Part shown: positions 46,251 through 54,754 of the stretch, in pieces
How positions within the stretch are numbered: position 1 is the first letter of the stretch
Layout: the number at the start of each line of letters is the position of its first letter
Assembly (NCBI GenBank): GCA_001799635.1
Contig: MGTV01000038.1
Location: forward strand, 2,376 to 66,375
DNA length: 64,000 bases
From: Elusimicrobia bacterium GWA2_62_23
GTDB lineage: Bacteria > Elusimicrobiota > Elusimicrobia > Elusimicrobiales > UBA9959
Reading direction: 5' to 3'
Program-made: the position numbers and the translations under genes
The notes under the pieces: generated by a model
What the model was told of the DNA's origin: nothing
Database searches by the model: none
Seen by the model: the letters and a program-made list of their open reading frames with translations, nothing else

Positions 46251-46880
46251 TTAGATCTCGTGCCTGACTATGTTTATCTCTATGCGCCGGTTCTTGGACC
46301 GCCCTTCGGGGGTGTCGTTGGTCTGTACCGGCTTGAACTCGCCGTAGCCCACGGCGGAAAGCTTTTCGGGCGCGACGCCTTCTTTTATGAAGAACTGCAG
46401 CACCGTGAAGGCCCGGGCGGAGGAGAGCTCCCAGTTGGAGCGGAAGCGGGTGCCGCGGCGGCCGAGCGGCCGGTTGTCGGTGTGTCCCTCTATCTGGATG
46501 GGGTTGGGCAGGTCCTTGAAGACCGCGGTGAGGCGGCGCAGGTGGGGGTAGGAGGACTCCTTCAGGATATCGCTGCCGGGGGCGAAAAGTATGGGGTCGG
46601 AGAAATTGATGCTGATCTTGTTGGCGGAGATCTCCACCTGGGCTATCTGCTGGATGCCGTGTTTGGAGAACAGCGTGCTGGCTATCTGGGTGTCTTTGCC
46701 GAAGGTCTCTTCCAGGGCCTTCGCCGAGAACTGGGTGGTTATGCTCTTGGAGCTGTAGAAAGCGAACAGGATCATGAAAAAGATCATGAGGTAGCTCATC
46801 ATGTCGCCGTAGGTGATGGCCCACAGGGCGCCGCGGTTAAGCTCGTTCTCCAGTTCGTCTTCGCGTTCGTAGAAGCGCAT
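46251..46880 (-). CDS. motB: MotB-type stator subunit (TM with conserved Asp + OmpA-like peptidoglycan-binding domain)
   Basis: 209 aa. WAITYGDMMSYLMIFFMILFA carries the proton-binding Asp context of MotB. The C-terminus reads IEGHTDNRPL...SNWELSSARA...NRRIEI. Confidence 0.8.
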   Translation of the reverse strand: MRFYEREDELENELNRGALWAITYGDMMSYLMIFFMILFAFYSSKSITTQFSAKALEETFGKDTQIASTLFSKHGIQQIAQVEISANKISINFSDPILFAPGSDILKESSYPHLRRLTAVFKDLPNPIQIEGHTDNRPLGRRGTRFRSNWELSSARAFTVLQFFIKEGVAPEKLSAVGYGEFKPVQTNDTPEGRSKNRRIEINIVRHEI

Positions 46881-46890
46881 AAATCGTTCG

Positions 46891-47673
46891 TTAAGCCCTC
46901 GCCGCGGGGCCGGAGGGTTTGGAGCCCTCGAGCAGCTGGTAGCCGCGCAGGTGCATGTCCACCAGGTGGGGGGTCTTGCCGCTCATGATGTCTATGACGC
47001 CTTCCAGGATGAGCTGCAGCACCAGGGTCTCCTCCACGGCGCGCAGGCGGACTTTGTTGGCCACCGGCACGAAGATGAGGTTGGAGAGCGCGATACCGAA
47101 GAAAGCCGAACTGATGGCCACGGCCATGGAACGGCCGATCATGGTGGGGTCGGAAATATTGCTCAGGGTCTGGATGATGCCGAAGAGGGTACCGATCAGG
47201 CCGAACATAGGGGAGAGCACGCCGGCCGTACGGTAGAAGTTGGAATCCTCCTGGATGTCCAGGCGGCGGCGGCGGATCTCCTCTTCCAGGATGGCCCGGG
47301 TCTCGCGGGACTCGGCACTGATCATGGCCACGCCGACGGCGCGCTTGAGGAAACCGCCGGCGAAAGCCGGGTCGGTATTGGAGAGGGCCATGATGCCGCC
47401 CTGCTTCTGGGCGGTCTCGGCCATGCTCACCAGCATGCGCACCGCCGCGTCCACGGAGGGGGTCTTGGGATTGCCGAAGATATCGAAGAAGGCCTTGAGC
47501 CCGGTCACGAACCGGCGGAAAGAGGTGTTGATGACGGTCGCGGCCAGGGTGCCGCCCAGCACGATGATAATGCCGTGGAGGTCCATGAGCTTGTCGGCGA
47601 TGCCCGAGGAAAAAATACCCCAGCCCATTACGGCCCCGCCCAGCAGGAAGCCCACGATCGTCATCATATCCAT
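46891..47673 (-). CDS. motA: MotA/PomA-type stator subunit (MotA/TolQ/ExbB proton-channel family)
   Basis: 260 aa, 4 TM, with a large cytoplasmic loop between TM2 and TM3. Motifs SPMFGLIGTLFGI and AVAISSAFFGIALSNLIFVPVANKV. Paired with motB. Confidence 0.75.
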   Translation of the reverse strand: MDMMTIVGFLLGGAVMGWGIFSSGIADKLMDLHGIIIVLGGTLAATVINTSFRRFVTGLKAFFDIFGNPKTPSVDAAVRMLVSMAETAQKQGGIMALSNTDPAFAGGFLKRAVGVAMISAESRETRAILEEEIRRRRLDIQEDSNFYRTAGVLSPMFGLIGTLFGIIQTLSNISDPTMIGRSMAVAISSAFFGIALSNLIFVPVANKVRLRAVEETLVLQLILEGVIDIMSGKTPHLVDMHLRGYQLLEGSKPSGPAARA

Positions 47674-47854
47674 AGTTCAGTTCTCCAGAAAACCGGATTC
47701 ACGCCTTGTTTATTGTAGCGTAAGCATGTTACCGAAATTTTACGTATATATATTATAAAATTGCGCGCCGTTTTGGGTTTTTGATAACATTATATTGCCT
47801 GGCGGCATTCAAAAGGCCGCTATCGGATTTTTTCGCCAAAACAGGAGCTCTCAA

Positions 47855-49009
47855 ATGGATTACCTACTGACCGAGCAGCAGACCATGATCCGCGACCTGG
47901 CCCGCAAGATAGCCCAGGAGAAGATAAAGCCGGTATCGGCCCAGTACGACGAAAGCGAGGAGTTCGCCTGGCCCATTATGAAGGTCCTAGCCGAAAGCGA
48001 CCTGTTCGGCGTCTACATCCCCGAGGCCTACGGCGGCCTGGGCGGCGGCATCATGGACATGTGCCTGGTGACCGAGGAACTGTCCCGCGCCTGCGGCGGC
48101 ATCGCCCTGGGCTACGCCGGCACGGGCCTGGGCACGCTGCCGATCCTGCTGCACGGCTCGGAAGAGCAGAAGAAGAAATACCTGCCCGACATAGCCAAGG
48201 GCAAGCGCCTGGCCGCTTTCTGCCTCACCGAGGCCGAAGCCGGCTCCGACGCCGCCAACATGAAGACCACCGCCCGCAAGGAGGGCGACAAGTACATCCT
48301 CAACGGCACCAAGCAGTGGATCACCAACGCCGGCGAGGCCGAGATCTACACCGTAATAGCCCTCACCGACAAGAGCAAAGGCGTGCGCGGCGCCAGCGCC
48401 TTCATAGTGGAGAAAGGCACGAAGGGCATGGAGTTCGGCAAGAAAGAGAAGAAGATGGGCATCCGCGCCAGCGCCACACGCGAAGTGATCTTCACTGACT
48501 GCGAAGTTCCGGCCGCGAACCTCATCTCCCGCGAAGGCATGGGCTTCATAGTGGCCCTCAAAACGCTCGACACCTCCCGCCCCGGCGTGGCGGCGCAGGC
48601 CGTGGGCATAGCCCAGGGAGCCCTGGACCACGCTGTGGACTACTCCCGCACCCGCGTGCAGTTCGGCCAGCCTATTTCAAGCTTCCAGGCCGTGCAGCAC
48701 ATGCTCGCCGACATGGGCACCCAGGTGGAGGCCGCCCGGGCGCTGGCCTACTCGGTGGCCCGCATGGTGGACGCCGGCGTAAAGTCGGTCTCCAAAGAAT
48801 CGGCCATGGCCAAGCTCTTCGCCAGCGACGTGGCCATGAAGGTGGCCGTGGACGCCGTGCAGATCCTGGGCGGCTACGGCTACATGCGCGACTACCCGGT
48901 GGAGAAGTACATGCGCGACGCCAAGATCACCCAGATCTACGAAGGCACCAACCAGATCCAGCGCAACGTCATCGCCGCCCACATGATCAAGGAGACGCTG
49001 AAGAAGTAA
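47855..49009 (+). CDS. acyl-CoA dehydrogenase (short-chain/butyryl-CoA type)
   Basis: Taken from ATG 47855 (AGGAG RBS): MDYLLTEQQTMIRDLARK.... Motifs CLTEAEAGSDA and QILGGYGYMRDYPVEKYMRDAKITQIYEGTNQIQR. Confidence 0.88.
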   Translation: MDYLLTEQQTMIRDLARKIAQEKIKPVSAQYDESEEFAWPIMKVLAESDLFGVYIPEAYGGLGGGIMDMCLVTEELSRACGGIALGYAGTGLGTLPILLHGSEEQKKKYLPDIAKGKRLAAFCLTEAEAGSDAANMKTTARKEGDKYILNGTKQWITNAGEAEIYTVIALTDKSKGVRGASAFIVEKGTKGMEFGKKEKKMGIRASATREVIFTDCEVPAANLISREGMGFIVALKTLDTSRPGVAAQAVGIAQGALDHAVDYSRTRVQFGQPISSFQAVQHMLADMGTQVEAARALAYSVARMVDAGVKSVSKESAMAKLFASDVAMKVAVDAVQILGGYGYMRDYPVEKYMRDAKITQIYEGTNQIQRNVIAAHMIKETLKK

Positions 49010-49791
49010 TGAACATAATCGTCTGCATCAAACAGGTACCCAACACCACCGACGTCAGGATAGACCCGGTCACCAACACCCTCATCCGCGACGGCGTGGA
49101 GAGCGTCATCAACCCCTTCGACGCCTACGCCATCGAGGAAGCCGTGCGCCTTAAAGAGCGCTGCGGCGGCAAGGTCACCGTAGTCACCATGGGCCCGCCC
49201 CAGGCGGAGAACGTCCTAAAAGAGGCCATCGGCCTCGGCTGCGACGAGGCCGTGCTGGTAAGCGACCGCAAGTTCGCCGGCTCCGACACCTGGGCTACCT
49301 CCTACACCCTCGCCTGCGCCATCGAGAAGCTGGAAGGCTACGACGTGATCCTCTGCGGCAAGCAGGCTTCCGACGGCGACACCGCCCAGGTAGGCCCCGG
49401 CATCTCCACCCACCTGGATATCCCGCAGGTCACCTACGTCAAGAAGATCTCCGAGATAAACGACAAAGCCGCAAAAGTGGAGCGCATGACCGAAGAGGGC
49501 TATGACGTGGTCGAAGTCCCGCTGCCGTGCCTGTTCACGGTAGTAAAGGAGATCAACACCCCGCGCATGCCGTCGCTCAAGGGCATGATGCGCGCCAAGT
49601 CGGCCAAGATCGCCAAGTGGACCGCCGCCGACCTGGAAGCCGACCCGGCCGCCCTCGGCCTGGACGGCTCGCCCACGCGCGTAGTTAAAATTTTCACCCC
49701 CGAAGCCCGCAAGGGGGGAGAGATGATCTCCGGCACCTGCGACGAGGTGGCCAAAGAACTCGTGGAACTCCTCAAAGGGGAGGTCGTGTAA
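49009..49791 (+). CDS. etfB: electron transfer flavoprotein beta subunit
   Basis: 260 aa: MNIIVCIKQVPNT...VINPFDAYAIEEA. Confidence 0.88.
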   Translation: MNIIVCIKQVPNTTDVRIDPVTNTLIRDGVESVINPFDAYAIEEAVRLKERCGGKVTVVTMGPPQAENVLKEAIGLGCDEAVLVSDRKFAGSDTWATSYTLACAIEKLEGYDVILCGKQASDGDTAQVGPGISTHLDIPQVTYVKKISEINDKAAKVERMTEEGYDVVEVPLPCLFTVVKEINTPRMPSLKGMMRAKSAKIAKWTAADLEADPAALGLDGSPTRVVKIFTPEARKGGEMISGTCDEVAKELVELLKGEVV

Positions 49792-50990
49792 TGGCCTCCA
49801 TCAAAGTACATCTCGAGAAATGCACCGGCTGCACGCTCTGCGTGAAGGCCTGCGCCTTCGGCGCCATCCACATGGCAGACCGCAAGGCCGTCATCGACAT
49901 GGCCAAGTGCACCCTCTGCGGCGCCTGCGTGGCCGCCTGCAAATTCTCAGCCATAGAGCTGGAGAAAGCCGCCGGCCCCAAGAAGGACCTGACTCCCTAC
50001 AAGGACGTCTGGGTCTTCTGCGAACAGAAAAAGGGCGTCATCCAGTCCATTTCCTACGAACTGCTCGGCGAAGGCCGCAAGCTCGCCGACAAACTGGGCG
50101 TGAAACTCTGCGCCGTCCTGCTGGGCCATAATATGAAGGAAGCGGCCGCAAAACTGGGCGAGCGCGGCGCCGACAAGGTTTACCTCGCGGACCACCCGGC
50201 CCTGAAAGCTTACCAGGACGATCCCTATACGGCCGTTCTCGTGAACCTGGTGGAAGAATACAAGCCGGAGGCCATCCTCTGCGGAGCCACCGTGATAGGC
50301 CGCAGCCTCATCTCGCGCGTGGCCATTAAGACCAACGCGGGCCTCACGGCCGACTGCACCGGGCTCGACGTGGACGTCAAAGAACGCCTGCTCCTGCAGA
50401 CCCGCCCCGCCTTCGGCGGCAACATCATGGCCACCATCATAGCCCCCAACCACCGGCCGCAGATGGCCACCGTGCGCCACAAGGTCATGAAGGAAGCCGA
50501 GCTGCAGCCCGGCCGCCTCGCCGAGGTCGTCACAAAATCCTACCCGGAGGAGACCTACGCCTCCCGCACCAGACTGCTGGACATGGTAGAGGAACTCTCC
50601 GCCACCATGAACATCTCCGAAGCCGACATCATCGTGGCCGGCGGCCGCGGCATGGGCAGCAAGGAGAATTTCGCCCAGCTCGAAGAACTCGCAAAGGTCC
50701 TGGGCGGCGCCGTCGGCGCCAGCCGCAGCGCCGTGGACGCCGACTGGATCCCCTACTCCCACCAGGTGGGCCAGACCGGAAAGACCGTAGTCCCCAAGCT
50801 CTATATCGCCTGCGGCATCTCCGGCCAGATCCAGCACCTCATCGGCATGCAGTCCTCGAAGACCATCGTAGCCGTCAACAAGGACCCCGACGCGCCCATC
50901 TTCAAGGTGGCCACCTACGGCATCGTCGGCGACGTCAACGAAATAGTCCCCGCGCTCATCAAGGAATTCAAGCGCGCGCTTAACAAGTAG
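49791..50990 (+). CDS. etfA: electron transfer flavoprotein alpha subunit with N-terminal 2x[4Fe-4S] ferredoxin domain
   Basis: 399 aa. N-terminus has [11 protein letters not shown] and [11 protein letters not shown]. The remainder is EtfA ([24 protein letters not shown]). Confidence 0.88.
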   Translation: MASIKVHLEKCTGCTLCVKACAFGAIHMADRKAVIDMAKCTLCGACVAACKFSAIELEKAAGPKKDLTPYKDVWVFCEQKKGVIQSISYELLGEGRKLADKLGVKLCAVLLGHNMKEAAAKLGERGADKVYLADHPALKAYQDDPYTAVLVNLVEEYKPEAILCGATVIGRSLISRVAIKTNAGLTADCTGLDVDVKERLLLQTRPAFGGNIMATIIAPNHRPQMATVRHKVMKEAELQPGRLAEVVTKSYPEETYASRTRLLDMVEELSATMNISEADIIVAGGRGMGSKENFAQLEELAKVLGGAVGASRSAVDADWIPYSHQVGQTGKTVVPKLYIACGISGQIQHLIGMQSSKTIVAVNKDPDAPIFKVATYGIVGDVNEIVPALIKEFKRALNK

Positions 50991-51007
50991 AGCCGCCCGG
51001 GAGGCGG

Positions 51008-51031
51008 ACGGGTGCTTCCCCGGGCACCCGT
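51008..51031 (+). terminator. stem-loop after etfA (ACGGGTGC-ttccccgg-GCACCCGT)
   Basis: 8-bp perfect stem read from the sequence. There is no clear T-run, so terminator function is uncertain. Confidence 0.4.
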
Positions 51032-51120
51032 TGGGGAAGGGGGGCCCCGCCATAATTTCCCCAGGCGGGGGGGAACCGCGCAACGGTCCCCTGCAGTCCT
51101 GGCGAGCGGAGCAGAGCCCC
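51032..51120 (-). repeat. structured intergenic repeat, family A copy 2 (inverted orientation, diverged or partial)
   Basis: The reverse complement GGGGCTCTGCTCCGCTCGCCAGGACTGCAGGGGACCGTTGCGCGGTTCCCC matches 26094-26142 (GGGGCTGTTCCGCTCGCCATGACTGCAGGGAACCGTTGCGCGGTTCCCC) apart from a 2-nt indel and two substitutions. Confidence 0.65.
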
Positions 51121-51140
51121 GGATGCCGACCAATAACACT

Positions 51141-52772
51141 ATGACCGAATCAATTAAGCCTTTAAAGACCATGACGGAGTGGAAACTCCTCGAGGTCCAC
51201 CACGAAAAGATCGCCCGGCGCCCGCTGCGCGACTTCTTCGCCGCCGACCCCGAACGCGGCGAAAAGCTGGCCATAGAGGCCGCCGGCGTCTACTTCGACT
51301 ATTCCAAACACCGCGTCAGCGAAGAGACCATCAAGCTGCTCGCCGACCTCGCCGAAGCCTCCGGCCTGCGCGAGAAAATAGAAGCCATGTTCACCGGCGA
51401 GAAGATCAACCTCACCGAAGGCCGCGCCGTGCTCCACACCGCCCTGCGCGCCCCCAAGAACGCCGCCGTAGTAGTGGACGGCGAGAACGTGGTCCCGCAC
51501 GTCCACGCGGTATTGGAGCGGATGGCCGCCTTCGCCGACAAACTGCGCGCCGCGCAGTGGAAAGGCCACACCGGCAAGACCATAAAGAACATAGTCAACA
51601 TCGGCATAGGCGGCTCAGACCTGGGCCCCGTCATGGCCTACGAAGCCCTCAAGAACTACAGCCCGCGCTGGCTGACCTTCCGCTTCGTCTCCAACGTGGA
51701 CGGCACCGACTTCGCCGAAGCCGTGCAGGGCCTCGACCCCGAAGAGACGCTTTTCATAGTCGCGTCCAAGACCTTCACCACCCAGGAGACCATGGCCAAC
51801 GCCGAAACGGCGCGGGACTGGGCCCTGAAGGCGCTCAAGGATAAGGCGGCCATAGCCAGGCATTTCGTCGCCGTCTCCACCAACGCCGCGAAAGTGGAGG
51901 ACTTCGGCATAGACACCGCCAACATGTTCGGCTTCTGGGACTGGGTCGGCGGGCGCTATTCCATGTGTTCGGCCATCGGGCTGTCCACCATGATAGCCAT
52001 AGGCCCCGACAATTTCCGCCAGCTGCTCGCCGGCGCGCACGAGATGGACGAGCATTACCGCACGGCGCCGTTCGAGAGGAACATCCCGGCGCTGATGGGC
52101 CTGCTGGGCATCTGGTACAACAACTTCTTCGGCGCGCAGAGCGTCGCCGTGCTGCCTTACGAGCAGTACCTCAAGCGCTTCCCGGCCTACCTGCAGCAGC
52201 TGGCCATGGAGAGCAACGGCAAGCGCGTGACCCTGGACGGCAGGCCCGTGGATTACCAGACCAGCCAGATCTACTGGGGGGAACCCGGCACCAACGGCCA
52301 GCATTCCTTCTACCAGCTGATCCACCAGGGCACCAAGCTCATTCCCTGCGACTTCATCGCTTTCTCCCGGCCGGCCCACAAGCTCGGCCGCCACCACGAC
52401 CTGCTCATGGCCAACGTCTTCGCCCAGGCCGAGGCGCTGGCCTTCGGCAAGACCGCGGAAGAACTGAAGGCCGAGGGCGTGAAGGACTGGCTCATCCCGC
52501 ACAAGACCTTCGAGGGCGACCGCCCCTCCACCACCATCCTGCTCGACGAGCTGACGCCCGCCGCCCTCGGCCGGCTGGTGGCGCTCTACGAGCACGCCGT
52601 CTTCACGCAGGGCATGATCTGGCAGATAGGCCCTTTCGACCAGTGGGGCGTGGAACTCGGCAAGGTCCTCGCCGGGCGCATCGTCCCTGAACTGGAAGCG
52701 AAAACCGAGCCGGACCTGAAACACGACTCCTCCACCAACGCCCTCATCCGGCGCTACCGCGAGCGCCGCTGA
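51141..52772 (+). CDS. pgi: glucose-6-phosphate isomerase
   Basis: Taken from ATG 51141 ([17 protein letters not shown] aligns with the E. coli Pgi N-terminus). Motifs [49 protein letters not shown]. The upstream part of ORF 51012.. covers the repeat element. Confidence 0.9.
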   Translation: MTESIKPLKTMTEWKLLEVHHEKIARRPLRDFFAADPERGEKLAIEAAGVYFDYSKHRVSEETIKLLADLAEASGLREKIEAMFTGEKINLTEGRAVLHTALRAPKNAAVVVDGENVVPHVHAVLERMAAFADKLRAAQWKGHTGKTIKNIVNIGIGGSDLGPVMAYEALKNYSPRWLTFRFVSNVDGTDFAEAVQGLDPEETLFIVASKTFTTQETMANAETARDWALKALKDKAAIARHFVAVSTNAAKVEDFGIDTANMFGFWDWVGGRYSMCSAIGLSTMIAIGPDNFRQLLAGAHEMDEHYRTAPFERNIPALMGLLGIWYNNFFGAQSVAVLPYEQYLKRFPAYLQQLAMESNGKRVTLDGRPVDYQTSQIYWGEPGTNGQHSFYQLIHQGTKLIPCDFIAFSRPAHKLGRHHDLLMANVFAQAEALAFGKTAEELKAEGVKDWLIPHKTFEGDRPSTTILLDELTPAALGRLVALYEHAVFTQGMIWQIGPFDQWGVELGKVLAGRIVPELEAKTEPDLKHDSSTNALIRRYRERR

Positions 52773-52984
52773 CGCGCGCAAACGGCCATCCCGCCGCACG
52801 ACTGATCGAAATCCGGCCGCAATTGACTTGCCCGCACCTTTAATGTACCCTTAAACCAGGGGGAGGTGCCGTCGCGCGGCCCGGGCGGTTATTTTCAGGC
52901 CATTTCTGTTTTCTCACTGAGCAGGATCTTTCGTGCTCAATTCACGCCTTACCGGACAAGCCGCCCGCCAGCAACCACCATATT

Positions 52985-54217
52985 ATGAAGGATAATGATA
53001 AGAAAGAACACCTCGGAACGGACAGCTCCGGAGGCAGTGAAAGTTCCAAGCCAAAAAGCGGGGAGTTGCGTGAGTCGGAACTTCGCTACCGGCGCCTCTT
53101 TGAGGCCGCTCAGGACGGGATACTTATCCTGGACGCGGAGACCGGCACCATCTCTGACGCGAACCCGTTCATCATCGACCTGCTGGGTTTCTCCCACGAG
53201 CAACTGGCCGGCAAAAGGCTCTGGGAGATTGGCGCGTTCAGGGATATCTTCGCCAGCCAGGAAAAATTCAAGGAGCTGCAGTCCCTGGGTTATGTGCGCT
53301 ACGAGGGGCTGCCCTTGATCGCCGCCGACGGCCGCAAGCTCTTCGTAGAGTTCGTGAGCAACGTCTACGAGGTGGAGGGAGCCAAGGTCATCCAGTGCAA
53401 TATCCGGGACAACACGGCCAGAAGAGAAGCGGAACTGGAAAAAGACAGGCTGAACGAAAAAATCATCGAGAAAAATGAGGAAATAGAGAGTTTCCTTTAC
53501 GTCACCACGCACGACCTGCGCACCCCGCTGGTAAACATTCAGGGCTTCAGCAGGAACCTCGCCAAAGACCTGAAGAAACTGTACACCCTGCTGTCAAAAG
53601 CGGACCTCCCCGAGGGGATAAAAGAGCGGGTGCGGACGCTCCTGACCGACGATCTGCCGGAATCGATGGGCTTCATAACCGGCGGAGTCCTGAAAATGAA
53701 CATGATGATAGGGGCGCTACTCAAGATAGCCCGCCTCGGCCGGATAGCTCCGACTTCCGCCTCTGTAGATATGGACGCGGTACTGAAAGACGTGCTGGGA
53801 ACTTTCGCCTACCAGTTGGAGAAGATCGGCGGCGTGGTGAATATCCTGGATCTGCCCCGATGCAGCTCCGATACGGAAGTAGTCTCCCAGGTCTTCGCGC
53901 TCCTCATAGACAACGCCATAAAATACAGGAAGAAGGGGCGCAGGCTGGAAATTACGATAGAGGGGAAAGTAACGGAGGATGGGCTGGTACGCTATATGGT
54001 TTCCGACAACGGGTTGGGGATCGAGGACGCGGAGCTGGAGAAGATCTGGCAGGTCTTCTACAGCGGCCACACAGCCGATCCGGGAGTAGAGCACGGAGAG
54101 GGGATAGGCCTGACTATCGCCAAGCGCATGGTGGAAAGGAACGGCGGAAGGATCCGGGTCGAGTCAAAAGAAGGCGTGGGCACAAAATTTATAATAGACC
54201 TGCCAGCGCGGAAATGA
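52985..54217 (+). CDS. cytoplasmic PAS-domain sensor histidine kinase
   Basis: 410 aa. PAS segment (ELRYRRLFEAAQDGILILD), H-box YVTTHDLRTPLVNI, G-boxes SDNGLGI / GEGIGLTI. Codons are visibly more A/T-rich than neighbouring genes. Confidence 0.85.
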   Translation: MKDNDKKEHLGTDSSGGSESSKPKSGELRESELRYRRLFEAAQDGILILDAETGTISDANPFIIDLLGFSHEQLAGKRLWEIGAFRDIFASQEKFKELQSLGYVRYEGLPLIAADGRKLFVEFVSNVYEVEGAKVIQCNIRDNTARREAELEKDRLNEKIIEKNEEIESFLYVTTHDLRTPLVNIQGFSRNLAKDLKKLYTLLSKADLPEGIKERVRTLLTDDLPESMGFITGGVLKMNMMIGALLKIARLGRIAPTSASVDMDAVLKDVLGTFAYQLEKIGGVVNILDLPRCSSDTEVVSQVFALLIDNAIKYRKKGRRLEITIEGKVTEDGLVRYMVSDNGLGIEDAELEKIWQVFYSGHTADPGVEHGEGIGLTIAKRMVERNGGRIRVESKEGVGTKFIIDLPARK

Positions 54218-54218
54218 C

Positions 54219-54683
54219 ATGAGATCAGACTCACTGGCCACCATATTAATAGCGGAAGACAACGACGGGCACTCCCGACTTCTGCAGCGAGGGTTAAAGG
54301 ACGCGGGGGCGCAGAACCCTGTGATCCGCTTCAGGGACGGGGTTGAGGCCTGGGACTTCATCTCGGGCAAAAGCGAGCCTTGCCTGGACCCAGCCAAGAG
54401 ATACCTGTTATTCCTTGATATCCGCATGCCCAATATGGACGGCATCGAAGTATTGCGCCGATTAAAGGCAGACCGGCGTTTCAGACACATCCCGGTGATC
54501 ATGCTCACCACCAGCGACGACCCCGAAGAGTTGAGGCGCTGCCGCGAACTGGGGTGTGATAAATTCTCCATTAAACCCATAGCGGTGGAAGAATTTGCAC
54601 AGATATTCGGCCTGCCTCTGGGGCCAGGCAGTGAAATTTCCCCGGCCGCGGCAGCAGAGAATAAAGACAGCGCCCCCGCCTGA
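54219..54683 (+). CDS. single-domain response regulator (Rcp1-like receiver)
   Basis: 154 aa: ILIAEDNDGHSRLL, LLFLDIRMPNMDGIEVLRRLK, IPVIMLTTSDDPEE, ...SIKP. Confidence 0.85.
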   Translation: MRSDSLATILIAEDNDGHSRLLQRGLKDAGAQNPVIRFRDGVEAWDFISGKSEPCLDPAKRYLLFLDIRMPNMDGIEVLRRLKADRRFRHIPVIMLTTSDDPEELRRCRELGCDKFSIKPIAVEEFAQIFGLPLGPGSEISPAAAAENKDSAPA

Positions 54684-54707
54684 GACCAAAGCGCCGCCCC
54701 AAAACGA

Positions 54708-54738
54708 TAAAAAAGCCCGGGCTTTCCCGGGCTCTTTT
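54708..54738. terminator. bidirectional rho-independent terminator
   Basis: AAAAAA-AGCCCGGG-cttt-CCCGGGCT-cTTTT between convergent genes (stem 54714-54733). Confidence 0.8.
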
Positions 54739-54754
54739 ATCTTATTCGGGAAGT

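Noticed and set aside
44232-46988. 918-aa + strand ORF, the longest in this region
   Set aside because: It is antisense to the sensor kinase, motB and motA genes, all of which have clear family motifs. Its composition is typical of high-GC shadow frames (Gly/Leu/Val/Gln/His-rich). The same reasoning applies to 1318..3237(-), 5512..7134(-), 17152..18738(-), 22932..24608(-), 28389..29654(+), 30096..31409(+), 32385..33560(+), 39197..40750(-), 51615..52799(-), 54938..56092(+) and 56878..58329(-).
29820-47673. Complete type IX secretion system, flagellar locus, or mobile genomic island
   Set aside because: No GldK/L/M/N, SprA/Sov or PorU/Z were recognised. No FliM/N, FlhA/B, FliI, hook or flagellin were recognised. 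No integrase, transposase or flanking tRNA/direct repeats were recognised either. Only cargo-like, barrel, FliG-like and stator components are present, so claims are limited to a candidate module.
52866-52988. About 40-codon upstream ORF (GTG 52866) ending in an ATGA overlap with the PAS-kinase start
   Set aside because: The GTG sits directly against the GGAGG with no spacing, and the peptide has no features. The overlap may be coincidental, so it is not reported as a gene.
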